A stretch of 64,000 nt of DNA from Dehalococcoidia bacterium (GCA_965232435.1 CBDDPU010000004.1:2461564-2525563); one strand, 5' to 3'. Positions 19,780 through 29,973 are shown, counted from the first letter of the stretch. Notes: generated by a model from the letters alone, not told the origin. A program made the numbers and translations.

Positions 19780-20862
19780 CTAATCGAAGGACAGCGTGCT
19801 CCGGGCCACCTCGCCCTTGCTGAGGGCCTCGAACGCATCGTTGATCCCCTCGAGCGGATAGGTTCGCGAAACAAGCTCGTCGAGCATCAGTTCCCCCGAC
19901 TTATACAGATTGAGGAGTCGGGGGAACGTAATCATCGGCTGGCCGCTCCCGTAGAGAGACCCCATGACGATCTTTTCCATCATCAGATCGCGCGCGTCGA
20001 TGGTAACCGGCGTGCCGTGCGGAGCATGGCCCACCCAGATCGACATGCCGCGATTCCGCGTGCATTGAATGCTCTGCAAAAACGGCTTCTCCACCAAGCC
20101 GATGGCCTCAAAGGCATAGTGAACCCCATACCCGCCCGTCAGTGACCTGATGGCTTCCACGGCGTCTTCCTCACCTGCGTTCACGGTATGGGTCGCGCCG
20201 AACTCCCTAGCCATGTCGAGCTTGTTGTCGAGAAGATCGACCGCGATGATCGTCGTCGCGCCGGCGATTCTGCACCCCTGAATGACGTTGAGTCCGACCC
20301 CGCCGGCTCCAAAAACCGCTGCCGTCGTTCCCGGCTGAACCTGGGCGGTGTTGATCGCCGCCCCGACTCCGGTTGTCACTCCGCAGCCGATCAACGACGC
20401 CTGCGGAAACGGAACGTCCTTGTCTATGGGAATCGCCGCCACTTCGCTAACGATCTGATAGCTCCCGAAGCTCCCGACTCCCACCATCTGGTTGACTTCC
20501 CGCCCCGACCCCTGAACGGTCGGCTTCTGCTCCGGATACCGATTGTCGTAGCACAGAGCGGGCCAGCCCAGCTGACACATCTCACAGAGGCTGCACTGCG
20601 ACCGCCAGGCCAGCACCACATGGTCGCCGGACTTCACATGGTCCACCCCAGGCCCGGTCGCCTCCACGATACCTGCTCCCTCATGCCCCAAGACCATCGG
20701 CAGAGGAAGATGCGTCCACTCACCCTTGACAACGTGCCAGTCGGAATGGCATACCCCGCTGGACATCATCTTCACCATGACTTGACCCGGACCGGGTTCG
20801 CCTATGTCCAACTCCTCGATGACGAGAGGGGTCTGGGCTTCATACAGCACGGCGGCTTTCAT
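19780..20862 (-). CDS. Zn-dependent alcohol dehydrogenase (class III-like)
   Basis: True start MKAAVLYEAQ at 20862 after GGAGG. GVCHSD, GHEGAG, four-Cys structural Zn site, FGAGGVG. Confidence 0.93.
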   Translation of the reverse strand: MKAAVLYEAQTPLVIEELDIGEPGPGQVMVKMMSSGVCHSDWHVVKGEWTHLPLPMVLGHEGAGIVEATGPGVDHVKSGDHVVLAWRSQCSLCEMCQLGWPALCYDNRYPEQKPTVQGSGREVNQMVGVGSFGSYQIVSEVAAIPIDKDVPFPQASLIGCGVTTGVGAAINTAQVQPGTTAAVFGAGGVGLNVIQGCRIAGATTIIAVDLLDNKLDMAREFGATHTVNAGEEDAVEAIRSLTGGYGVHYAFEAIGLVEKPFLQSIQCTRNRGMSIWVGHAPHGTPVTIDARDLMMEKIVMGSLYGSGQPMITFPRLLNLYKSGELMLDELVSRTYPLEGINDAFEALSKGEVARSTLSFD

Positions 20863-21022
20863 GTCGGCCTCCTGTATTCGCGCTTGTCGCAAAGAAGGGT
20901 ACGGCCCAGAACACACAGGGTCAAGCGCGCTCCCGGCGATCCCCGTAACTCTCGCATCTCGTATGGTATCCTGTCCGCGCAACCGGACGGCCCCCAAGAA
21001 CCCGTCCGCCAAGGAGCGCGCC

Positions 21023-22135
21023 ATGACAACCGAACGGACATATCGCGTCGGCCTCATCGGAACCGGACGCAAGGGAAACGGACACGCCCGCGGATACGAG
21101 GCCAACCCTCGCACCGATCTCGTCGCCGCCGCGGATCCCGATCCGTCAAACCTCGCCATCTTCTTGGAGCGGTTCAGAGTCAAGCCCTATGACAACTACC
21201 ACGACATGCTCCAAGCGGAGAATCTTGACATCGCCGCGCCGATCTTGCCCGTCAAGCCGAATCCCGAAGTGGTGATCGATTGCGCCCGGGCGGGCGTCCG
21301 CGCGATCTACTGCGAAAAGCCCATGGCCGCAAGTCTGGAAGAAGCCGACCGCATGGTCGAGGAAACCGCCTCTCGCGGCATCGCGCTCGCCTCCGGCGAC
21401 GCCTACCGAAACATGCCCCAGCATTGGAAGGTCAAGGCCCTCATCGACTCCGGCGAGATCGGCCCCGTGCAGAGTATCAACTTGTACCAGCCGACGAACG
21501 AGATTTCCGGCGGGGGATGCCAGGGACTGAGCGTGCTGAGACTCTTCGCCGACGACGCCGACGTGGACTGGGTAACCGGCTGGTGCACGAACGACCCCTG
21601 GAGCGACGACGACCAGAACATGGGAGGCTACATTCGATTCGCCAACGGCATCGACGCCTACGTCCACACGAAGCCGTCTCCGAGAGACGGAATCGAGATC
21701 GTCTGCGAAAAGGGCATCTACCATACAAGCTGGTACGCCGGCCACCTGTGGAGGGGAGAACCGCGCGGAGGCAGCCCGGTTGAGGTCACGGACTTCTTCG
21801 ATGAATTCGGCGGAACGGACTACGGCTGGACAACACCCAGCGGACGCAGGCAGCGCGCGGGTATCCAATCAATCGTCGACTCGCTCGACAAGGGCATCGA
21901 ACCCAAGTGCAGCGGCGACAACATGCGGAAAGTCCTCGAAATCGCCATCGGATTCCGAGAATCCCACCGCAGCGGCTTCTCCTCCGTCCGCTTCCCAATC
22001 CAAGATAGAAGCCTGAAGGTCGTGCCCAAGCCGGCCCGCTTACTCAACAAAAAGGAGGTCTACGGCGAAGAGGCATACGCCGAAATGATCTCGTCGGCAG
22101 CCACCAAACCCGTAGACGGCGCCGCCCCCGATTAA
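21023..22135 (+). CDS. Gfo/Idh/MocA family oxidoreductase
   Basis: Start MTTERTY after AAGGAG. VGLIGTGRKG and YCEKPMA. Confidence 0.9.
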   Translation: MTTERTYRVGLIGTGRKGNGHARGYEANPRTDLVAAADPDPSNLAIFLERFRVKPYDNYHDMLQAENLDIAAPILPVKPNPEVVIDCARAGVRAIYCEKPMAASLEEADRMVEETASRGIALASGDAYRNMPQHWKVKALIDSGEIGPVQSINLYQPTNEISGGGCQGLSVLRLFADDADVDWVTGWCTNDPWSDDDQNMGGYIRFANGIDAYVHTKPSPRDGIEIVCEKGIYHTSWYAGHLWRGEPRGGSPVEVTDFFDEFGGTDYGWTTPSGRRQRAGIQSIVDSLDKGIEPKCSGDNMRKVLEIAIGFRESHRSGFSSVRFPIQDRSLKVVPKPARLLNKKEVYGEEAYAEMISSAATKPVDGAAPD

Positions 22136-22144
22136 ACCATCCTT

Positions 22145-22213
22145 CACCGTCATTCCGGCGCAGGCCGGAATCCGGCAAAATCCAACACAACCCTATTCCC
22201 ACCCATAATCCCC
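22145..22213. repeat. ~69-bp repeat unit, copy 1 (palindromic core ATTCCGGC-GCAG-GCCGGAAT)
   Basis: 63/69 identical by eye to 23395-23463. Confidence 0.85.
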
Positions 22214-22279
22214 GACCGCTCGAATTACCAATGAACCATACTGGACACCCTGAGAGAATTCCAACTGCCATAACCGCCG

Positions 22280-23203
22280 CTAGAAACCCTCAACCCCATC
22301 CCCGACATCGATGAGCACCCGGCAGTGATCGCTCGACCCCCACTCATCTACTCCGTTCATCGCCCGGACGCTAACGTCCTCATGGAAACCGCGAGATGCG
22401 AATACGTGGTCGAGTTGGACGGAGGCGCCGATGGGAGTGTTTGACGGCATGTTGTAGTAGGTAGGTACGTCCAGGGACGCCTCATTCAAGTGCGGAGGTA
22501 TGGGGTCGGCTCGGCGACCGGCAGGGTATTGGGGCCCCAGGTAATCCAGCCCGATAGCTTGGAACCGGTCCAGAACGGTCTGAGCCCGATGATCGAATTG
22601 ATTAGCGCTCTTGAACGACATGTTCAAGTCCCCGGCCGCAAGTATCCGATGTTCTGACGGCCGATTATAGTAACCGATGAACGTCGACAAATCGGAGATG
22701 ATACGGTGTGCCGAAGCGTCGGAATAGATCCAGTCTCCGACTGTGGAGGGATGCGGCCCTAACCACCGCCCATACATCGAAACCGCAATGAACGGCTCGA
22801 TCGTCCCGTCCTTCGGCGTCACACGGGCCGCCGTTATCGTCCCTATACCGCTCACGGCGATCTCATCGATCCCGTTACCCCACACCGGACCAATCTGCTT
22901 GAACCACTCCACCTCCACCCGGTCCGACAACTTCACCACCATCGGCCATCGATCGTATAGCGCATTCCATCCCCGCCCGTGCCACCAATCCGAATTCCAC
23001 GAATGAGAATCCCATGCCTCTTGTGGACCAATGTCCAGGAAGCCGCCCTCCGCCGGCGGGAGCGTCGCGTCCCCGAGCCGAGCTACATCCTCCGGTGGCG
23101 GCCCCGCTTCCTGCAGCAGCGCAACATCCACATCCATCCGAGCCAATTCCCGCCACGGCTCGCGCTTCTTAGCAATATTCCAACTAACTACCGTTACACT
23201 CAT
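22280..23203 (-). CDS. Endonuclease/exonuclease/phosphatase (EEP) family protein
   Basis: VVSWNI, DVALLQE, AAGDLN, LDHVFAS, SDH: complete EEP motif set. Confidence 0.9.
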   Translation of the reverse strand: MSVTVVSWNIAKKREPWRELARMDVDVALLQEAGPPPEDVARLGDATLPPAEGGFLDIGPQEAWDSHSWNSDWWHGRGWNALYDRWPMVVKLSDRVEVEWFKQIGPVWGNGIDEIAVSGIGTITAARVTPKDGTIEPFIAVSMYGRWLGPHPSTVGDWIYSDASAHRIISDLSTFIGYYNRPSEHRILAAGDLNMSFKSANQFDHRAQTVLDRFQAIGLDYLGPQYPAGRRADPIPPHLNEASLDVPTYYNMPSNTPIGASVQLDHVFASRGFHEDVSVRAMNGVDEWGSSDHCRVLIDVGDGVEGF

Positions 23204-23311
23204 TTCGCCCTCCCCATCATCCACTATACCCCACCCGAATCTTACCCCACATCACCACCGCCCGCCCCGAATTGACACCGCAATCGAATCCCATGAAGGC
23301 TGGCCCCTGCT

Positions 23312-23489
23312 CCCCTCTCCCGTCACGGGAGAGGGCTAGAGTGAGGGCATATCCCCTCTCCCGTCATGGGAGAGGGCTAGGGTGAGGGTGAGTCCACCAT
23401 CATTCCGGCGCAGGCCGGAATCCAGTAGAATCCAACACAACCCTGCTCCCACCCATAATCCCCTCTCCCGTCGTGGGAGAGGGTGAGGG
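23312..23489. repeat. Mosaic repeat cluster: three CCCCTCTCCCGTCNNGGGAGAGGG hairpins plus copy 2 of the 69-bp unit
   Basis: Hairpin copies at 23312-47, 23353-88 and 23460-89; 69-bp unit at 23395-23463. Confidence 0.88.
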
Positions 23490-23540
23490 TCCAAAAATCA
23501 CCCCAAATCGAAAAGCCCCGTCGGAACAGGAGAACCAACA

Positions 23541-24715
23541 ATGATCATGAACAGAAAAGGCAATATCGCGAACTGCTCTTGGGGCGATCACCTAGTCTTT
23601 GGCGAGGGAGACGGGCTGCTGCGAACGGTCGAGTCGCTTGAGCGGCGAATGGACTTTGGCGCGAGGAACTCGGCGCGGATACCGTGCATTGGCGCCAGGG
23701 CCGCACCGGACACGACGACGTGTACCAAGCCGCGCGGGGCTATGGCGGCAAGAAACGCCGGCTCTACCCGCCGATCACGTGGGACGATTTCGAAGTGGTT
23801 CCCCGACTGGCGCATGAACGCGGAATGAAGGCATACGCCTACGTCTCCCTGCTCGACCAAGGCCGCCCCCTCCCGCCCAAGGCCGAACGCGAAGTCAGTC
23901 ATCACAACCCCTACCACGGCAAGAATTTCGCCCGAATGAGTCGCCTCATCAAGGATCATCCCGAATACAACCTCCAAGACCGCGAAGGCAACAAGCATTG
24001 GGGCGTCGTGTGCCTGGGCTACCCCGAAGTCCGGGAATACATGATCAACCGCTACCTCAGCGTTCTCGAAGGCTACGACTGGGACGGCGTGTTCGTCTGC
24101 CTGCGCACCCAGTCACGCCCGGCGGACTACGCCGACCAATACGGCTTCAATGAGCCTATTCGCATGGAATTCCGGCGGCGGCACGGACGGGACATCCTCC
24201 ACCAAGAGTTCGACCTGCAAGATTGGCGCGATCTCCAAGGTTCCTATCTCACGACCTTCCTCCGCGAACTCCGAACCGCCCTGCGAAAACAGAACCTCAA
24301 TCTGGCCGTCGGATGCGCTAGGGGCGACATCATCGGCCCGCCCATCGGCAACGCGACGCTGGAGTGGCGCAAGTGGCTGAATGAAAAGATCGTCGATGAA
24401 CTTGTCATCGACCAAAGCTCCGTGCAGCGCCCGTCCCTCTGGATTCAGCTCTGGCCCATGCACCGGGGACACGGCTACCTCCAAAACTACATCGACGATT
24501 GGAACCTCCTGCCCCTGGAGGAAGACCTTTCACGGAACTACACACCCGCAATAGAGAACACGGATGCGAACCTCTATGTCGCGTGGCAATGGAAGGAGCG
24601 AGACCCCGAATCCGAAACCTTCGTCCTGGCCCAACCGGAAGTCACCGGCCTTGCGTACAGCGCCTTCCGACACGACAACCCCGGCCCAATTGCACGCGAC
24701 GACTGGCGAGTCTAG
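23541..24715 (+). pseudogene. Glycoside hydrolase-like TIM-barrel protein (GHL10-like), split by a 1-nt frameshift at ~23655-23657
   Basis: AGGAG + ATG at 23541. Adding one T to the TTT run fuses ...RRMDF to WREELGADTVHWRQ..., giving ~391 aa. AHERGMKAYAY, DHPEY, PEVREY and YDWDGV fit GHL10-like proteins. Confidence 0.72.
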
Positions 24716-24725
24716 CGCCTTCTCC

Positions 24726-24830
24726 CACCCACCGTCATTCCGGCGTCACCATCCGCCACCCACCGTCATTCCGGCGCAGGCCGGAATCCAGCAAAGTTCA
24801 ACGCAACATCGATCCCCCCCATATTCCAAA
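24726..24830. repeat. Partial plus full copy (copy 3) of the GTCATTCCGGCGCAGGCCGGAATCCAG repeat
   Basis: CACCCACCGTCATTCCGGCG occurs twice (24726 and 24757); the second copy has the full palindrome and a related tail. Confidence 0.85.
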
Positions 24831-24911
24831 CCCCGAAGAATCGGCATCCGCCCTTGAATCCCGTTCGTTGTCAATGTACGGTATTGAACACAATCGGAGG
24901 AGGTGCGATGC

Positions 24912-25355
24912 ATGGGACGATCCCAAGGCGAAGTCGTCGGCCTTCGAGTGAAGCTCGGACGACGGCGACCAATGAAGCAAGTCAGCCCCATGGTGTTCGT
25001 GACGGACAGGGGAATCGAGGGTGACGCGCATTTCTCGGACAAGAATCATCTCAAAGCGCGCCAAGTGCTGCTGATGCAGGAAGAGAACCTCACCGCCCTC
25101 GGCCTCGACCATGGCGCCGTGCGAGAAAACGTCACCACGGCGGGCATCGACCTTCAGACCCTTGAACCGCACACTCGCCTATCTCTCGGCGATCAGGTAG
25201 TCCTCAGGATATCGGAAGAGTGCGTCCCCTGCGGCTTGATGGACGACATCCGTTCAGGACTTCAAAAGGAACTGCTAGGTCGAAGAGGTATGCTTGCCTC
25301 GGTGGAAACCGGCGGCGCGGTGTCCGTCGGAGACTCGGTACGGCTCCTCCGGTAA
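24912..25355 (+). CDS. MOSC domain-containing protein
   Basis: GIEGDAH, RQVLL, RENVTTAG, ECVPC, RRGMLASVETGGAVSVGD. Confidence 0.9.
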   Translation: MGRSQGEVVGLRVKLGRRRPMKQVSPMVFVTDRGIEGDAHFSDKNHLKARQVLLMQEENLTALGLDHGAVRENVTTAGIDLQTLEPHTRLSLGDQVVLRISEECVPCGLMDDIRSGLQKELLGRRGMLASVETGGAVSVGDSVRLLR

Positions 25356-25398
25356 ACCGCAGTTCTTTCACTGGCTAATCTGAATTCAAGTACGAGGT

Positions 25399-26457
25399 GT
25401 GCCTTTGGCAAAATCACAGCTTTCAGGACTTGTCCAAACCGTGTTGGGGCCGGTAGCCCCCTCGACCCTGGGCATGACTACAACGCACGAGCACATCTTC
25501 ATCGACTTCGTATGCATGTACACGCCTCCGACGGAAGCAAGCTCCAAGCACCGCGGGAAAGAGCAAGTCACAATGGAGAACCTCGGCTGGGTTCGCTACG
25601 ATCCATTCCGCAACATCGACAACCTCGAACTGCTCGATGAAGACACGGCGATCTACGAGATCGCCCTCTTCGGACGGGCAGGCGGAGGCGCCATCGTCGA
25701 CGCAACCACAATCGGCATCGGCAGAGACCCCCTCGCCCTCGCGCGAGTCTCCAGAGCGACCGGGGTGAATATTGTCATGGGCGCGGGATACTACGTGGAC
25801 ATCGTCCATCCCTCCGACATGGACACCCGCTCGGAAGACCAAATCACCCAGCAAATTATCGACGAACTGACTGTCGGCGTCGGTTCTACGGGCGTTAAAG
25901 CGGGCATAATCGGCGAGCTTGGCTGCACGTGGCCGCTTACGGACAACGAGCGAAAAGTCCTCCGAGCCGGCGCTCGAGCGCAGCGCGAAACCGGCGCGGG
26001 CATTCTCATTCATCCCGGAAGAAACCCTCGCGCTCCCTTCGAAATACTCGACGTCCTCGAAGGCGCGGGCGCGGACACAAGCCGCGTCATCATGGGACAT
26101 CTGGACAGAACGGTGCTCGATCCCGACACGCTGTTGGAATTCGCCGCGCGCGGATCTATGCTCGAATACGACCTGTTCGGCTGGGAAACGTCACACTACT
26201 CGCTCGGCGACATCGACATGATGCACGACGGACAGCGGCTCGACTACGTCCAACTGCTGATTGAGCGCGGATACCTCTGCAAGATCGTGCTCGCACAAGA
26301 CGTGTTCTGCAAGTCTCGCACGTTCACCTACGGCGGCTACGGCTACGGCCATCTTATCGAGAACATCGTCCCGCGAATGCGCGATCGGGGTATGCCGGAA
26401 GAACACGTCCGCCAAATCATGATCGACAACCCCGCAAGAATCCTCACCTTCGAATAG
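25399..26457 (+). CDS. Phosphotriesterase-related protein (amidohydrolase superfamily)
   Basis: LGMTTTHEH, IVDATTIGIGRDP, AGIIGELG, IHPG, MGHLD, AQD, DNPARIL. Confidence 0.93.
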   Translation: MPLAKSQLSGLVQTVLGPVAPSTLGMTTTHEHIFIDFVCMYTPPTEASSKHRGKEQVTMENLGWVRYDPFRNIDNLELLDEDTAIYEIALFGRAGGGAIVDATTIGIGRDPLALARVSRATGVNIVMGAGYYVDIVHPSDMDTRSEDQITQQIIDELTVGVGSTGVKAGIIGELGCTWPLTDNERKVLRAGARAQRETGAGILIHPGRNPRAPFEILDVLEGAGADTSRVIMGHLDRTVLDPDTLLEFAARGSMLEYDLFGWETSHYSLGDIDMMHDGQRLDYVQLLIERGYLCKIVLAQDVFCKSRTFTYGGYGYGHLIENIVPRMRDRGMPEEHVRQIMIDNPARILTFE

Positions 26458-26475
26458 CAGCGCCAGGAGCAGCGA

Positions 26476-26940
26476 ATGACAACCGAACACCGCCTCAAAG
26501 AACTCGGAATTGATCTGCCCTCCCCCCAATCCCCCGCCGCGAACTACGTACCCGCCGTGCGAACCGGAAACCTGCTCTATCTGGCGGGAGTGGGACCGGC
26601 CAAGCGCCCGGACGGCACAACGCCAACCGGCAAGGTCGGCGCCGATCTGACCAAGGAAGAAGGTTACGAAACCGCAAGGCTGGTCTGCCTAAATATCATG
26701 TCACGGCTGAGAGCCGAACTCGGCGACCTTGACCGCGTAGCCCGAATCGTCAAACTGCTGGGCATGGTGAACGCCACGGAAGACTTTACCGAGCACCCGG
26801 CCGTCATCAACGGATGCTCCGATCTGCTGGTCGAAGTGTTTGGCGAGCGTGGCAAGCACGCGCGCTCCGCGGTGGGAATGCAGAGCCTCCCCTTCAACAT
26901 CCCCGTAGAAATAGAGGCGATCGTCGAAATCGCCAACTAG
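26476..26940 (+). CDS. RidA/YjgF family protein
   Basis: ANYVPAVRTGNLLYLAG, NGCSDLL, GKHARSAVG, PVEIE. Confidence 0.93.
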   Translation: MTTEHRLKELGIDLPSPQSPAANYVPAVRTGNLLYLAGVGPAKRPDGTTPTGKVGADLTKEEGYETARLVCLNIMSRLRAELGDLDRVARIVKLLGMVNATEDFTEHPAVINGCSDLLVEVFGERGKHARSAVGMQSLPFNIPVEIEAIVEIAN

Positions 26941-27034
26941 AACGCCACGTCCGCGCTCCGCGACGGGCAAGCCCGGATACGGCCGGACGAAGAGGCTCGT
27001 TACCCATATTCCATCACCGGCGAACGCTCCCGAA

Positions 27035-28027
27035 ATGTCTCTAAAGAACCATAAAGTTCGCGGCGCGATCGCTCTGTTCCTCGTCGTGAGCTCAGGGTTC
27101 CTCTGGTACTTCGCGGTGGAGGGCTGGCCAATCCTCGACGCCGCCTACATGGTCGTCGTAACGATAACGACGGTCGGATATGAGGAAGTTCGCCCACTCT
27201 CGCCGGCGAGCCGCATCTTCAATATGTTCTTCATGCTGGCAGGAGTCGGAGTCGTACTGTACATTTTGACCGAAGTCGTTCGGTCCTTCGTCGAGGAACA
27301 GCTCCTCGGCAATTTCCTGCGGAGGCGTCGGATGGAAACTAGACTTGCCGGAATTTCCGACCACTTCATCATTTGTGGCTTCGGAAGAGTCGGCAAGGAA
27401 GTGGCGCGGCAGCTTACCGAGGAGGACGTGCGGTTCGTCGTGATCGATAATGAGCCGGAGCGAGTGTCGCAAGGCGCCGACGACGGACATCTAATCTTTG
27501 CCGGAGACGCAACCGAGGACGCGACGCTTTATCGAGCCGGTATCGACAGAGCCAAGGGCCTCTTTGCAACCGTAGGCAGCGATAGCGACAACGTCTTCGT
27601 CACATTGTCCGCCCGCAGAATAAACCCAAACATGACCATCGTCACCCGCAGCACCTCGCCCGAAACGGTAGACAAGCTCGAGATAGCCGGGGCGAACCGA
27701 GTCGTCTCGCCCTTCGAGATCGCCGGGAGACGCATGGCTATGGCCGCAATCCGTCCCATGGCCGTCGATGTGCTGGATTCTCTCGCGCAAAGCTCACGCC
27801 ATGGCAGAAGAATCGCGGAAGTCCTCGTAACTGACAACTCACCCATCGCAAACCATGTCGTTCGAGACATAAACTCCGATGACGGCATCCGCGTTCTCGC
27901 CATTGCCAACAAGGACGGCGACCTCCTCGTAACACCCCCCTACGATACGACCGTCCACGCGGGAGACGCCGTCATGCTCGTCGGGCCAAACGAACAACTC
28001 GAAAAGCTGGAAGGAAAAAGAAATTAG
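27035..28027 (+). CDS. Potassium channel protein (2-TM pore plus TrkA-N/TrkA-C RCK domains)
   Basis: TITTVGYEE selectivity-filter motif, HFIICGFGRVG, GDAT, AGANRVVSP. Confidence 0.92.
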   Translation: MSLKNHKVRGAIALFLVVSSGFLWYFAVEGWPILDAAYMVVVTITTVGYEEVRPLSPASRIFNMFFMLAGVGVVLYILTEVVRSFVEEQLLGNFLRRRRMETRLAGISDHFIICGFGRVGKEVARQLTEEDVRFVVIDNEPERVSQGADDGHLIFAGDATEDATLYRAGIDRAKGLFATVGSDSDNVFVTLSARRINPNMTIVTRSTSPETVDKLEIAGANRVVSPFEIAGRRMAMAAIRPMAVDVLDSLAQSSRHGRRIAEVLVTDNSPIANHVVRDINSDDGIRVLAIANKDGDLLVTPPYDTTVHAGDAVMLVGPNEQLEKLEGKRN

Positions 28028-28067
28028 CGATACTCTGCGGATAGGCCCGAAAAACCCCATGCAGCGT

Positions 28068-28097
28068 TTGACAAGACCTTAACTATCTTCCTATAAT
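28068..28097 (+). promoter_or_regulatory. Consensus sigma70 promoter, probably giving a leaderless padR transcript
   Basis: TTGACA (28068-73), 18-nt spacer, TATAAT (28092-97). ATG at 28105 lies 7 nt later with no SD. Confidence 0.7.
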
Positions 28098-28104
28098 TCA
28101 GCGT

Positions 28105-28464
28105 ATGAGAAGGAAACAAGGCACGCTACTACCCATCGAATTATCAATCTTGGAATCTGCCCTCGATCTCCACACGAGACAAGTGCCGGAGTTCTACGGC
28201 TTCCTGATTGCCAAGCAGCTTACGGAACGAGAAGGCGCCCGAAAGCTCACGGCATACGGCACACTCTATAAAGCTCTTTCAAGAATGGAAAGCCAAGGGC
28301 TCCTTTCAAGTCGCTGGGAGGATCCCGCCAAGTCCGCCGCAAGTGGACGCCCGAGACGGCGGCTCTACCAAGTGACCCCCGCCGGACAAAATGCACTCCT
28401 TGCCTCCCGATCACGCGAGGGCCTCGCCACCGCTGCCGTCCGACAGGAGCTAGCAACCTCCTAG
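28105..28464 (+). CDS. PadR family transcriptional regulator
   Basis: FYGFLIAK, GTLYKALSRMESQGLLSSRWE, GRPRRRLYQVTPAG. Confidence 0.92.
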   Translation: MRRKQGTLLPIELSILESALDLHTRQVPEFYGFLIAKQLTEREGARKLTAYGTLYKALSRMESQGLLSSRWEDPAKSAASGRPRRRLYQVTPAGQNALLASRSREGLATAAVRQELATS

Positions 28465-29886
28465 ATGAACAAATTGAGGCTGCCCTTCACCGCGAGAATT
28501 GTCCGATGGTGGGTACGATTCTACACCTCGGGACTTCCACAACGGGAGCGTGACGCTCGCCGCGCGGAGATAGAATCCGACATCTGGGAACAAGTCGAAT
28601 TCGCCCGCGAAGAGGGAAGCTCCCTCGGCTCGATTTCAGTCCACATTTTCGGTCGCCTCTTATTCGGCATTCCGATGGACCTTCTCTGGCGATCCTCCTG
28701 CCGCGGAGCGGAGCATCAAGCCGTCAAGGTCGGAATCGCATCAATGCGAAAGACCGCCGCCGAAGCGCCTCGATTCGCATTGAAAAGCCGTGTCGGAGTC
28801 ACTGTGCTGGCCGTCACCGGCGCGCTCTTCCTTACAGCGGGCTCCGTGACCGCGATACGAGACCAAATCACAGTGGGAGACCGCGTGGATACTTCCCTTG
28901 TGGGGATCGGCCTGGCCGAACTCGAACCAATGCCGATCGACTCCGGCCTCCCACGAATTGAACTGGCCGTCTTCGTGCCACACATGGCTGTAAAAGCCAG
29001 AACCGAACGCGGAGACACCGTTACCACGCTCAACGACGGAAGAATCCTCGTCGTCGGCGACCTGTCCAGCCCCGATAACTGGAACGGCGCTCGAGTCTAT
29101 AGCCCCCTCAAAGGCGTTTGGCAATCTACGGCCTACCTCGCCGACAAGCGATATTGGCATACATCAACACTGCTCCAAGACGGGAGAGTCCTGATAACCG
29201 GAGGACGAAAGGACTCAGGCCAAGTCCTGCGAACGGCAGAATCCTTTGATCCTGAGGACAACTCTTGGACATCGACCAGCGTCATGAGGCATCAACGCTC
29301 TTCTCACGCCTCCGCACTCCTCAACGACGGCAGGGTCCTTGTCGTCGGCGGATTCGACAATGAGATTCGGACCCTTGCATCCGCGGAAATATACGACCCT
29401 GACACCCGCGCTTGGTCTCAAGCGGCCAACATGATCGAGACGAGGTCCTTCCCTACAGCATCAGTTTTACAAGATGGCCGAGTGCTGGTGACCGGCGGGA
29501 GTCACACAGGCGCGGGGCCCGCAGCCATGCGAAAAACCGCGGAGATTTACGATCCGAAAACCGACACATGGACATCGGCCGGTCAATTCGCGATAAACCG
29601 CGCGGGACATTCGGCAACGGTCTTGCGAGACGGCCGGGTTCTTGTGGTCGGCGGCGCGGGCGCGGCCGCCACTATCGGCCTAGCGGAAATCTACGATCCT
29701 ATGCAAAATATTTGGTCGCCCGCCGGCAATCTGGCCCTAGCCAGAACCGACCACTCTGCGGCTATAATGTCAGATGGGAGAGTAATCGTTGCGGGTGGCT
29801 GGAGCGACGACGGCGCAGCCGGACACCTTGTCGAGTTGTTCGACCCCCGCGTGGGAACCTGGCTCGCCTTGGCCGCTTCACCATAG
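28465..29886 (+). CDS. Membrane-anchored Kelch-repeat beta-propeller protein
   Basis: Repeated R..H.A..L.DGRVLV.GG...AEIYDP....W units, a TM segment near aa 110-130, and an N-terminal helical domain of the kind often found after padR. Confidence 0.9.
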   Translation: MNKLRLPFTARIVRWWVRFYTSGLPQRERDARRAEIESDIWEQVEFAREEGSSLGSISVHIFGRLLFGIPMDLLWRSSCRGAEHQAVKVGIASMRKTAAEAPRFALKSRVGVTVLAVTGALFLTAGSVTAIRDQITVGDRVDTSLVGIGLAELEPMPIDSGLPRIELAVFVPHMAVKARTERGDTVTTLNDGRILVVGDLSSPDNWNGARVYSPLKGVWQSTAYLADKRYWHTSTLLQDGRVLITGGRKDSGQVLRTAESFDPEDNSWTSTSVMRHQRSSHASALLNDGRVLVVGGFDNEIRTLASAEIYDPDTRAWSQAANMIETRSFPTASVLQDGRVLVTGGSHTGAGPAAMRKTAEIYDPKTDTWTSAGQFAINRAGHSATVLRDGRVLVVGGAGAAATIGLAEIYDPMQNIWSPAGNLALARTDHSAAIMSDGRVIVAGGWSDDGAAGHLVELFDPRVGTWLALAASP

Positions 29887-29973
29887 CCCGACGAGCATCT
29901 CGCCAATAGTATATTATCAAGGGTGGTGAACGGGCCCCATTCCATAAAATCACTCGTTGCCCGTCCGAATTAG

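Noticed and set aside
20804-21183. Apparent overlap of the ADH and Gfo/Idh/MocA ORFs
   Set aside because: Artefact of longest-ORF starts; SD-supported starts at 20862 (-) and 21023 (+) give a normal divergent pair.
23312-23489. Tandem ~36-bp repeats that look like a CRISPR array
   Set aside because: Spacers are irregular (5 nt, then another repeat), copies are dispersed elsewhere, and there are no cas genes.
22145-24830. Integron attC cassette array
   Set aside because: No clear RYYYAAC/GTTRRRY boundaries, the enclosed genes are in opposite orientations, and no IntI is in the window.
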